Below, piece by piece: positions 25,386 to 33,727 of a DNA stretch of 50,092 nt. Source of the DNA: Ilumatobacteraceae bacterium (GTDB lineage Bacteria; Actinomycetota; Acidimicrobiia; Acidimicrobiales; Ilumatobacteraceae). The notes under the pieces were generated by a model. The model was not told the DNA's origin. It did not search any database and saw only the letters and a program-made list of their open reading frames with translations. A program made the translations under genes and the position numbers. Within the stretch, counting starts at the first letter, position 1, and each line of letters begins with the position of its first letter. The stretch covers positions 1 to 50,092 of the forward strand of contig JANNHY010000119.1 in the NCBI GenBank assembly GCA_031404635.1, written 5' to 3'.

Positions 25386-26599
25386 CGGCGCGGCGTCCTG
25401 CTGGAGATCACGGCATCGGCCTCGAGGCGGTCGAGTTCGGCGTCATCGAGGTCGAGCAGTTCGGCGAGCACCACGCGGTTGTCCTCGCCGCGATACCGCG
25501 GCTCGCCGCGCACGCTGACATCGCTGCTGGCGAAGCGCCACGGCGTGTTGGGGAGGCGCAGTGTGCCACTGCCTCGGTCGCTGACCTCGACGACCACACC
25601 TCGCTCTATCGCCCACTCGGTGGCGCACACCTCGCGGAGTGACCGCAGGGTGCCGGCCGCCAGACCCTGCCCGCCCATCGCTGCCTCGATCGCTTGCGGC
25701 GTCGGCGTGGCTGCGGCCCAGGCACTGAGAATCTCGAGCAACTCGGAGTAATTGGACACTCGTGACGGCACGTCGCCAAAGCGCGGATCGTCGGCAAGAT
25801 CGGGTCTGCCGATGGCAGCGATGTACCCCTCAAAGACGCCGTGCTCGGCGGGATGGCCGCTGATCACGACGGTCTCGCCGTTGGCCGCGGCGAGCACGGG
25901 ATAGTCGCCGGTCCCGAAGCTGCGGATCCACCCTGACGGAACATCGCCGTCCCAGAGTTGATCGTGAGCGTGCTCGTTGACGTAGATCATCGTCTCGGCC
26001 ATCGATATCTCGATGTGCTCGCCGCGGCCCGTGCGCTCGCGGCTGAACAAGGCGGCGAGGACGGCGGAAGCGGCCTCGAGCGCTGTGTAGACGTCGGCGT
26101 GGCTGAACGGGTCGTTCGAGTAATGGCCGCGGCGAGCGTCGCCTTGCGCCTTGGTGATCCCCGTCTCTGCACCGACCACCTGAGCGTAGGCGCGCCGCGA
26201 CGCCCACGGCCCGGTCGAGCCGTAGCCGTTGATGGAGGCGTAGACGATGCTGGGGCTGCGACCGGCAAACACGTCGTAGCCGAGCCCGATGCGATCCATC
26301 ACTCCAGGCCGGAAGTTCTCGATGATGACATCGCAACGGTCGGCGAGGCGCAGCAGCAACTCGACCGCCTCTGGTTTGCGCGTGTCGAGACTGATGCTGC
26401 GCTTGCCGACGTTCTGCTGAACAAAATAGCTGGCCAGCCCATTGACCCGCGGGTTGGTAAATCGGGTGATGTCACCATGGGGCGGCTCGACCTTGATCAC
26501 CTCGGCGCCGAGGTCGCAGAGCATGCGCGTGGCGTGCGGACCACTGAGCACCCTGGTGAAGTCGAGCACGCGAATGCCGTCGAGTGGCCGCTGCGTCAT
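25382..26599 (-). CDS. family III CoA-transferase (CaiB/BaiF family)
   Basis: The N-terminus is PLDGIRVLDFTRVLSGPHATRMLCDLGAEVIKVE, and the overall length is typical of the family. Confidence 0.9.
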   Translation of the reverse strand: MTQRPLDGIRVLDFTRVLSGPHATRMLCDLGAEVIKVEPPHGDITRFTNPRVNGLASYFVQQNVGKRSISLDTRKPEAVELLLRLADRCDVIIENFRPGVMDRIGLGYDVFAGRSPSIVYASINGYGSTGPWASRRAYAQVVGAETGITKAQGDARRGHYSNDPFSHADVYTALEAASAVLAALFSRERTGRGEHIEISMAETMIYVNEHAHDQLWDGDVPSGWIRSFGTGDYPVLAAANGETVVISGHPAEHGVFEGYIAAIGRPDLADDPRFGDVPSRVSNYSELLEILSAWAAATPTPQAIEAAMGGQGLAAGTLRSLREVCATEWAIERGVVVEVSDRGSGTLRLPNTPWRFASSDVSVRGEPRYRGEDNRVVLAELLDLDDAELDRLEADAVISSRTPRR

Positions 26600-26637
26600 A
26601 CGACCAGGGTAATTGCCGCGATCACTAGCCTCGCAGT

Positions 26638-29634
26638 GTGCACAACGACCTCACGCTCGTCGAAGCTCGAATCGAGCGTGAGTTGCACGAACGAGTTCTG
26701 CCGGCGGTGTACCGCGATTCTGCTCCGATGGCGGTCGCCGCCTGGGAGGTGCCTGGCGAACCGGTGTCGTTCGACGAAGCGATGGGCAGCGACTACCGGC
26801 CAATGGCGATCGGCTCTCACTGGAGCCGGCCGTGGGGCACCACGTGGTTCCGGTTTTCCGTCGATGTGCCAAAGGCGTTGGCCGGCCCGCAACTCGAAGC
26901 GGTGATCGACCTCGGATTCCATCCCGACTCGGCCGGGTTTCAATCAGAGGGCTTGGTATGGATCGATGGGGAGCCGGTGCAGGGGATCCATCCCCGTCGC
27001 AGTGGCGTGCCGCTGCCGCAGATCGACCCGGGACCGTTCACCTTTTTCGTCGAAGCCGCCTCCAACCCTGCGTTCCCAGGGTTCAAGCCCTCACCACTCG
27101 GCTCGCTCGCCACAGCCGGTGACACCGCGATCTACCGGCTGCGGCGTGCCTCACTCGGGCGACGTGACGAGGCCGTGTTCCACCTCTTGCTCGATGTCGA
27201 CGTGTTGTTCGGGCTGGCTCGTTCGCTACCCGCTGGCGATGCGCGTCGCATTCGCGTACTGCGCCAACTTGAGGCCGGCTTCAACGCACTCGATCTCGAC
27301 GACATCGCCACCACAGCCGTTGCGGCCCGACATGTGCTGCAGCCCGCGCTGGCCCTCGCGGCACGGGCCGGCAGCCACCAGGTGGTCGCGGTCGGTCATG
27401 CCCACATCGACTCGGCATGGCTGTGGCCGATTCGTGAGACGCAACGGAAGTGCGCGCGCACCTTCGCCTCGGCAATCCGGCTGATGGACGACTACCCCGA
27501 CTTCCACTTCAGCTGTTCGCAGGCCGCGCAGTACGAATGGATCGAGCGCAGCCACCCGACGCTGTTTGAACGCATCCGCGACAAGGTCGCTGCCCACCAG
27601 TGGCATCCGGTCGGCGGCATGTGGGTGGAGCCCGACATGAACCTGCCGAGCGGCGAGAGCCTGGTGCGCCAGTTGGTCGCCGGTCAGCGCTACTTCGAAT
27701 CGCGTTTCGGGGAACGCAGTTCGGTGATCTGGATCCCGGATGTGTTCGGCTACCCGGCGTCGCTGCCGCAGATTTTCCGGCAGGGCGGCTGCTCGCGGTT
27801 CGTCACCCAGAAGCTGAGCTGGAACAAGCAGAATGTCTTTCCGCATTCGACGTTCTGGTGGAAAGGCCTCGACGGCTCGCAGGTGCTGACCCATTTCCCG
27901 CCGGTCGACACCTACAACGCCGAAATCACCCCGGCGGAGGTGCTGCATGCCGAAGGCAACTTCAAAGACCACGGGTGGAGCGATTGGTCGCTGATGCCGT
28001 TCGGTCACGGCAACGGAGGTGGCGGCCCGACTCGGGAGATGGTCGAACGGGCCAGGCGGATGGCCGACCTCGACGGTCTGTCGCGGATTTCCATCGGCAC
28101 CGTCCAGGAGTTTTTCGGTCACGTAGAGGCCGAGGCAGCGTCCGGAGCACCGGTGCCGCTGTGGTCGGGAGAGCTCTACTTCGAGTCGCACCGCGGCACG
28201 TTGACGTCGCAGTCCGCGACGAAGGTCGGCAACCGTCGTTGCGAGCGTCTGCTGCGCGAGGCGGAGCTGTGGTGGGTAGCCGCCGGCGGCGCACCCGCCG
28301 AAGTCGCCGCCGAGATCGACCACCTGTGGAAAGAGGTGCTGCTGCAGCAGTTCCACGACATCATCCCCGGCTCGTCCATAGCCTGGGTGGCCGCCGACGC
28401 AGAGGCCGCCCACGCGCGGGTCGCCAGTCGCCTCGAGGCGATCGTCACCGCAGCCATGATCAAGGTTGCCCCGGCCGGCGTGTCGGTGGCCAACGCAGCG
28501 ACTCACGCCCGTCGCGAGGTAGTTGTCGTCGACGGCGAGCCGACGATGGTCGAGGTGCCGGGCTCGGGGCTTGCCGCTTTGTTGCCGGCGCCGTACAGCG
28601 ATCCTGTCGTGGTCGCCGACCACTCGATGCACAATGGGCTGATCACCGTCGGCTGGAACCTCGACGGCGAGATCACCTCGATCATCGACGTGACCAGAGG
28701 CCGGCAGGTGCTACCGGCCGGCCAACGGATCACGCTCGAACTGGCCCCCGATCATCCGGTCGAATACGACGCGTGGGATGTCGAATCGTGGACTCGGTCG
28801 CTCGGTACACAGATCACGTCGACGCAGTCGATCGAGCTGTTCTCATCGCATCCGCTGCTGGCGCAACTTGTCGTCCGTCGCCAGTTCGGCAAGTCCGCGC
28901 TGACCCAGACGTACACGATGCGCGCCGGCTCGGCCCGGCTCGACATCCGATTCGACATCGATTGGCACGAGGACGAGAGGCTGCTCTCGCTGATGGTGCC
29001 ACTAGAGGTGCACAGCCGCGAGGCGGCCTGCGATATCCAGTTCGGTCACGTCATGCGCCCAACACACGCCAGCAGTTCATGGGACGGCGCCAAGTTCGAA
29101 GTCTGCGCCCATCGATACGTCGACCTCAGCGAGCCGTCGTTCGGTGTCGCTGTGCTCAACGATGGCCGCTACGGCCACAGTGTGCAAGACGGCGGTGTGC
29201 GGGTGTCGTTGCTGCGCGCCGCGAAGTACCCCGACCCGAACGCCGATCACGGTGTTCACACCGTGACGATCAGCGTGCAGTCCCATGGCGCGGGATTGCA
29301 CGAAGTGCTGCGGGAGGCCGAAGCCCTGAACCTGCCGCTGAGACTGGTCACCGGCCAGGCCAGTGCGCTGCCGGCGCCGGTGGTCACCATCGACCATGAC
29401 GGCGTGCAGATCAGCAGCGTCAAGCACGCCGACGACGGATCGGGCGACCTGATCGTGCGCCTCTATGAAGCCTGCGGCGACCGCGCCACGTTGACGGTTC
29501 GCACCGCCCAGCCGATTCTTGCGGCGACGCGCTGCAACCTGCTGGAAGAACCGAACGCGGGCATCGAATGCGGCGACGGCATCGTTGCCCTCACTCTGCG
29601 ACCGTTCGAACTGTGCACCCTACGGTTGTCGTAG
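26638..29634 (+). CDS. GH38 alpha-mannosidase
   Basis: Translation reads VGHAHIDSAWLWPIRETQRKCARTF...WHPVGGMWVEPDMNLPSGESLVRQ...WIPDVFGY...QQFHDIIPGSSI. The protein is 998 aa. GTG start. Confidence 0.92.
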   Translation: MHNDLTLVEARIERELHERVLPAVYRDSAPMAVAAWEVPGEPVSFDEAMGSDYRPMAIGSHWSRPWGTTWFRFSVDVPKALAGPQLEAVIDLGFHPDSAGFQSEGLVWIDGEPVQGIHPRRSGVPLPQIDPGPFTFFVEAASNPAFPGFKPSPLGSLATAGDTAIYRLRRASLGRRDEAVFHLLLDVDVLFGLARSLPAGDARRIRVLRQLEAGFNALDLDDIATTAVAARHVLQPALALAARAGSHQVVAVGHAHIDSAWLWPIRETQRKCARTFASAIRLMDDYPDFHFSCSQAAQYEWIERSHPTLFERIRDKVAAHQWHPVGGMWVEPDMNLPSGESLVRQLVAGQRYFESRFGERSSVIWIPDVFGYPASLPQIFRQGGCSRFVTQKLSWNKQNVFPHSTFWWKGLDGSQVLTHFPPVDTYNAEITPAEVLHAEGNFKDHGWSDWSLMPFGHGNGGGGPTREMVERARRMADLDGLSRISIGTVQEFFGHVEAEAASGAPVPLWSGELYFESHRGTLTSQSATKVGNRRCERLLREAELWWVAAGGAPAEVAAEIDHLWKEVLLQQFHDIIPGSSIAWVAADAEAAHARVASRLEAIVTAAMIKVAPAGVSVANAATHARREVVVVDGEPTMVEVPGSGLAALLPAPYSDPVVVADHSMHNGLITVGWNLDGEITSIIDVTRGRQVLPAGQRITLELAPDHPVEYDAWDVESWTRSLGTQITSTQSIELFSSHPLLAQLVVRRQFGKSALTQTYTMRAGSARLDIRFDIDWHEDERLLSLMVPLEVHSREAACDIQFGHVMRPTHASSSWDGAKFEVCAHRYVDLSEPSFGVAVLNDGRYGHSVQDGGVRVSLLRAAKYPDPNADHGVHTVTISVQSHGAGLHEVLREAEALNLPLRLVTGQASALPAPVVTIDHDGVQISSVKHADDGSGDLIVRLYEACGDRATLTVRTAQPILAATRCNLLEEPNAGIECGDGIVALTLRPFELCTLRLS

Positions 29635-30852
29635 CCCGGCCATCCCGAGGTGATTGAGTGCCATGGCGGCATACATGGCGGTGCCGGTGACCATCGCTTC
29701 CTCGTCGAACATCACCCGGTTCGAGTGGTTCGGCGCGGCCGTGGCCAGGTCGCGGTCGGTCGGCGTGCCACCGAGGAACACCATCGCCCCGGGAATCTGC
29801 TCGAGCACGTAGCTGAAGTCCTCCGCGCCCATGATCGGGGTAGGCAGACGTACCGTCTTGTCAACACCGACCAGCCCGCCAGCGAGCTCGAGGACGGTAT
29901 CCGCCTGGGCCTTGTCGTTGACAGTCACGGGGTAGCCGTCGTCCAGCCGCACCGTCACCTCGGCATCATGTGCCGCGGCGATCCCTTCTGCAACGCGACG
30001 AATCCCGTCGTGCACCTTGCGCCGCGTCCGCTCGCTGACGGCGCGGATCGTGCCTTCGATCTCGGCGGTCTCGGGAATGATGTTGTTCACCGTGCCGGCA
30101 ACGATCCTGCCGACGGTCACGACGGCGGGGTCGAACACATCGATACGCCGGGTGATCATGGTCTGCAGGGCCTGCACGATCTCGCACGCGATCGGGATCG
30201 GATCGAGAGCGCGGTACGGCTCGCTGGCGTGCCCTCCACGCCCCTTGACGGTGATGAACATGGTGTCGGCGCTGGCCATGATCGAACCGCCGCGGCAACT
30301 CAGCCAGCCAGTTGGAAGGGCCGAGGTGATGTGAACGGCGAAGGCGCCCGTGACCGGCGACTCGGAACCATCGGGGCGCGCCGGAAGGTCGAGCAGGCCT
30401 TCATCGAGCATGAACCTGGCGCCATGGTTCCCCTCCTCGCCCGGCTGAAACATGAACAACACCCGCCCGGCGATGTCGGCACGCTGCGCGCTCAGAAGTC
30501 TGGCCGCGCCCACCAGCATCGAGGTGTGCGTGTCGTGGCCGCAGGCGTGCATGGAACCATCGCTCTTCGAGGTGAAGTCGAGCCCGGTGGCTTCGGTGAG
30601 CGGCAGAGCGTCCATGTCGCCGCGCAACAGCACCGTCGGGCCGGGCTCACCGCCATCGAGCAGGGCAGCGATCCCGCTGGTGGTCTCGTGCAATGTCACA
30701 TCGAGCGGCAGTCCGTGCAAGGCCTCGAGCACGTTCTCGCGGGTGACCGGCAGATCGTTGCCGATCTCCGGCCACTGGTGCAGGGTGCGGCGCAAAGCCA
30801 CCATGTCGTCGAGCAGATCGTGGGCGCCGTCGCGCAACGTGTCGAGTTCCAT
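29620..30852 (-). CDS. M20D-family amidohydrolase (N-acyl-amino acid/hippurate hydrolase-like)
   Basis: Start at the ATG at 30852 (MELDTLRDG...). Motifs are LHQWPEIG, LLRGDMDALP, MHACGHDTH and FQPGEEG. The track extension to 31209 is antisense to the WXG100 gene. Confidence 0.88.
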   Translation of the reverse strand: MELDTLRDGAHDLLDDMVALRRTLHQWPEIGNDLPVTRENVLEALHGLPLDVTLHETTSGIAALLDGGEPGPTVLLRGDMDALPLTEATGLDFTSKSDGSMHACGHDTHTSMLVGAARLLSAQRADIAGRVLFMFQPGEEGNHGARFMLDEGLLDLPARPDGSESPVTGAFAVHITSALPTGWLSCRGGSIMASADTMFITVKGRGGHASEPYRALDPIPIACEIVQALQTMITRRIDVFDPAVVTVGRIVAGTVNNIIPETAEIEGTIRAVSERTRRKVHDGIRRVAEGIAAAHDAEVTVRLDDGYPVTVNDKAQADTVLELAGGLVGVDKTVRLPTPIMGAEDFSYVLEQIPGAMVFLGGTPTDRDLATAAPNHSNRVMFDEEAMVTGTAMYAAMALNHLGMAGLRQP

Positions 30853-30936
30853 CGTCGAATCGTAAACCGATTTCCGCTGCAGGCGACTCGCCGTGCCTCT
30901 TTGTGGTGAGCAACCTGCTCCACGAGGAGGAACGAC

Positions 30937-31206
30937 ATGAGCATGTACGGGGCCAATCCCGAGCAGTTGAACGGCCTCGGCCGGTCGATGAGGCAACAGA
31001 AGGTGACAATCGACGGGGTGATCAGCGCAGTGAGTTCGGCGTTGGCCGGCACGGTGTGGGAAGGCCCGGCACGCCAGCAGTTCGAGAACGACTGGAACAC
31101 GACGTTCAAACACGCTCTCAACAGGCTCAACGAGGCGTTCGAAGTAGCAGGCACGGACTGCATCAACCGCAGCTCCGAATTGCAGCGGGTGATGGGCGCC
31201 CGCTGA
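30937..31206 (+). CDS. WXG100-family protein (type VII secretion substrate family)
   Basis: 89 aa with a central W41-E-G43 (TVWEGPARQQF) flanked by helix-prone halves. GAGGAGG sits 6 nt before the ATG. A stable hairpin lies downstream. Confidence 0.8.
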   Translation: MSMYGANPEQLNGLGRSMRQQKVTIDGVISAVSSALAGTVWEGPARQQFENDWNTTFKHALNRLNEAFEVAGTDCINRSSELQRVMGAR

Positions 31207-31216
31207 CAATCACAGC

Positions 31217-31256
31217 GCGCCGACCCGGCCTCCCCTACCCGTCCCCGGGTCGGCGC
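31217..31256 (+). terminator. 12-bp perfect GC-rich hairpin with C-rich 16-nt loop downstream of the WXG100 gene
   Basis: Arms are gcgccgacccgg (31217-31228) and ccgggtcggcgc (31245-31256). The loop is cctcccctacccgtcc. The tail is tgctgcatcgttcgc, a weak U-tract. Confidence 0.5.
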
Positions 31257-31285
31257 TGCTGCATCGTTCGCTACAGTTCCGTCGC

Positions 31286-31528
31286 GTGCTGCTGCTCGAG
31301 TTCACCATCGAACCGTTCGTCGAAGGCCAACCCGGCCCTCATGTCACATCGGCCATCGAAGCCGCCCAGGCGTGCGGATACGAGATCGACTTCGGTCCGT
31401 TCGGTTCCAGTTGCTGCGTGCCGGCGGATCGCGCCGGTGAAGTCGCCCGGGCAGTGCTCGATGCGGCCTTCGCTCACGGTGCCACGCACGTCAGCCTGCA
31501 CACCGAACGCCTGCCGGAGACTTCGTGA
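31286..31528 (+). CDS. MTH1187/YkoF-family (UPF0045, thiamine-binding-like) small protein
   Basis: 80 aa with the LLLEFTIEPFVEG...HVTSAIEAA pattern typical of the family. GTG start. The stop overlaps the next start (GTGA). Confidence 0.55.
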   Translation: MLLLEFTIEPFVEGQPGPHVTSAIEAAQACGYEIDFGPFGSSCCVPADRAGEVARAVLDAAFAHGATHVSLHTERLPETS

Positions 31529-31890
31529 GTGGCCTGCCCCGGCATCCGTTCGTGTTGGCGGTGAGGCCGATCGTCGAAGCCTTGGGCGCGTCGTTGGTAC
31601 CCGCCGACGAACGCGAGCCTGGCGACATTCCGTTGCGTTGGGAAGGCTCGATCATCGCCGCGGTTCGCATGGCGCCGCTACACGGGGCCCTTGACCGGCT
31701 GATCGAGACCGTCGAGCGCGAGTTCGGGGCCCCACTACCGTCGCTGGCCCGTGAAGACAAGCAGCGGGCCATCAGGCTGCTCGACGAGCGCGGCGCGTTC
31801 ATCTTGCGGCGTGCCGTCGAAGACGTTGCCGACGCGATGGGCGTCAGCCGAATCACCGTCTACAACTACCTCAACGCCCTGCACCGATGA
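31525..31890 (+). CDS. HTH domain-containing regulator (YheO-like C-terminal HTH)
   Basis: The C-terminus is KQRAIRLLDERGAFILRRAVEDVADAMGVSRITVYNYLNAL. Confidence 0.55.
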   Translation: MSGLPRHPFVLAVRPIVEALGASLVPADEREPGDIPLRWEGSIIAAVRMAPLHGALDRLIETVEREFGAPLPSLAREDKQRAIRLLDERGAFILRRAVEDVADAMGVSRITVYNYLNALHR

Positions 31891-31924
31891 GCAGCCCGAT
31901 CGTCGTGATCGTCGTCAACCAGCG

Positions 31925-32614
31925 ATGAGCGCATTCGACGTGATCGGCTTCGACGCCGACGACACCCTGTGGCACAGCGAAGACGGTTTCCGCGCCAACG
32001 AAGAGCGCTTCGTCGAATTGATCGCTCCCTATTCCCCCGAGGGCATCGGCGTGAAGGCGGCACTGACGGCGACGGAACGCAAGAACCTCGCTGCATTCGG
32101 CTACGGCGTCAAGTCGTTCGGTCTGTCGATGGTCGAGGCCGCCGTCACCATCAGCGGCGGCCGGGTTCCGTCCACGGTGGTCGCCGAATTGATCGAGATG
32201 GTCAGAGCGCAGTTGGTCGACCCAGTGCGCTTGCTGGATCACGTCCCCGAGGTTCTGGCCGAGGTTGGCGCGACGCGGCGGCTGATCCTGATCACGAAAG
32301 GTGACCTGATCCACCAGACCCACAAGGTCACAACCAGCGGGCTGGCGCACCATTTCGAACACGTCGAGATCGTCTTGGAGAAGGATCCCGAGACCTACGC
32401 CGGCGTGCTGTCACGGCTGGGAATCGACCCGACCCGCTTCTGCATGGTCGGCAACAGCGTGCGCAGCGATATCCTGCCGGTGCTCACCCTCGGCGGGCAC
32501 GGCGTGCACGTCCCCTACCCGATCCTGTGGGACTTGGAACACGTCGACCACGACGAACACTTCGTCGAGCTCAAATCGCTCGCCGACCTGCCCGGCTGGC
32601 TCGGCGGCCGCTGA
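31925..32614 (+). CDS. HAD-superfamily hydrolase
   Basis: Start at the ATG at 31925. Motif I is IGFDADDTLW, followed by ILITKGD and MVGNSVRSDI. The upstream part of the track ORF overlaps the preceding gene. Confidence 0.85.
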   Translation: MSAFDVIGFDADDTLWHSEDGFRANEERFVELIAPYSPEGIGVKAALTATERKNLAAFGYGVKSFGLSMVEAAVTISGGRVPSTVVAELIEMVRAQLVDPVRLLDHVPEVLAEVGATRRLILITKGDLIHQTHKVTTSGLAHHFEHVEIVLEKDPETYAGVLSRLGIDPTRFCMVGNSVRSDILPVLTLGGHGVHVPYPILWDLEHVDHDEHFVELKSLADLPGWLGGR

Positions 32615-32621
32615 TCCACGC

Positions 32622-32728
32622 CGCGATGAGAGATGAGCCGTCCTGCAGCGCATATCTCTCATCGCGTCCGAGGCGGCTCCTTGCGCGATGAGAAGTGTGC
32701 GCCGCCGAGCGGCTCATCTCTCATCGCG
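32622..32728. repeat. nested-palindrome GATGAG-rich repeat element, copy 2
   Basis: Outer arms cgcgatgagagatgagccg (32622-32640) and cggctcatctctcatcgcg (32710-32728) are perfect. Inner arms gcgcatatctctcatcgcg (32648-32666) and gcgcgatgagaagtgtgcgc (32683-32702) are imperfect. The architecture matches 23203-23304. Confidence 0.85.
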
Positions 32729-32767
32729 AGCGTTGGGGCGGGACAGCGGCTGGGGGCGGGTCAGCAG

Positions 32768-33703
32768 TTACAGCCGGCGCAGCGCGACCTCGGTGACGCG
32801 GTGGTCGGGCCCCTTGCGCATCAGCAGGGCCGCTCTCGACTTGGTCGGGGCGATGTTCTCGCGCAGGTTCTTGCCGTTGATCTCACGCCAGATGGATTTG
32901 GCGACCTCGACCGCTTCATCGTCCGACAGGTCGGCATAGTGGCGAAAGAAGCTCTCGGGATTCCGGAACACGGTGTCGCGCAGTTTCATGAATCGGCGCA
33001 CATACCAATCCTCGATGTGCGCCTCTTCGGCATCGATGTAGATGCTGAAATCGAAGTAGTCGCTGACGAACTCGGTGGCGAGCTCGGCAGGCCCGCCGGT
33101 CTGCAGCACATTGAGGCCTTCGATGATGGCGATGTCGGGCTGGCTGACATCGATCATCTCGCCATCGAGGATGTCGTAGACGACATGGCTGTACACCGGC
33201 GCTTTGGCGGTGGCGGCGCCGCTCTTAACTTCGCGGAGGAACTGCAGCAACCGTCGGGTGTCGTAGCTCTCCGGGAACCCCTTACGGTTGGCGATGCCGA
33301 GCCCGTCGAGCACCTCGTTCGGATAGAGGAACCCGTCGGTCGTCACCAGATCTACCTTGGGATGGTCGGGCCAGCGGGCCAGCAACGCTTGCAGGATGCG
33401 GGCGAAGGTGCTCTTGCCCACGGCCACGCTGCCGGCGACCCCGATGATGTACGGCACCTTCGGTGAGGTGGTCCCGAGGAACTCGCCGGAGACCTTGTGC
33501 AGCTGCTGCGTTGCCGAGACATACAGGTTCAACAGCCTGGTCATTGGCAGGTAGACGGTGGCGACCTCGTCGAGTTCGATGTTCTCGTTGATGCCCCGCA
33601 GCGATTCGAGATCGTGCTCGCTCAGCGTCAGCGGTGTTGCCGCGCGCAGCTCGGCCCACTCGTCGCGCCCAAAGGTGAGATAGCGGGCTGCCGCGTCGGT
33701 CAC
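32768..33703 (-). CDS. coaA: type I pantothenate kinase
   Basis: P-loop [17 protein letters not shown], then [13 protein letters not shown] and RKGFPESYD. 311 aa. GTG start. Confidence 0.93.
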   Translation of the reverse strand: MTDAAARYLTFGRDEWAELRAATPLTLSEHDLESLRGINENIELDEVATVYLPMTRLLNLYVSATQQLHKVSGEFLGTTSPKVPYIIGVAGSVAVGKSTFARILQALLARWPDHPKVDLVTTDGFLYPNEVLDGLGIANRKGFPESYDTRRLLQFLREVKSGAATAKAPVYSHVVYDILDGEMIDVSQPDIAIIEGLNVLQTGGPAELATEFVSDYFDFSIYIDAEEAHIEDWYVRRFMKLRDTVFRNPESFFRHYADLSDDEAVEVAKSIWREINGKNLRENIAPTKSRAALLMRKGPDHRVTEVALRRL

Positions 33704-33727
33704 GGGGTGGCACCCTACGCTCGGGTG

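Noticed and set aside
27226-29399. Large alternative-frame and antisense ORFs (27226-28632 minus, 27600-29399 plus) inside the GH38 mannosidase gene
   Set aside because: The mannosidase frame carries long stretches of textbook GH38 motifs. The alternative frames are Arg/Gly/Pro-rich, typical of off-frame translation of GC-rich coding DNA.
31207-31285. TPP riboswitch upstream of the MTH1187/YkoF-like (thiamine-binding-type) gene
   Set aside because: The 79-nt spacer is too short, and I cannot find the conserved CUGAGA / ACCUGAUCUGGAUAAUGCCAGCG-type elements. It is explained by the WXG100 terminator hairpin.
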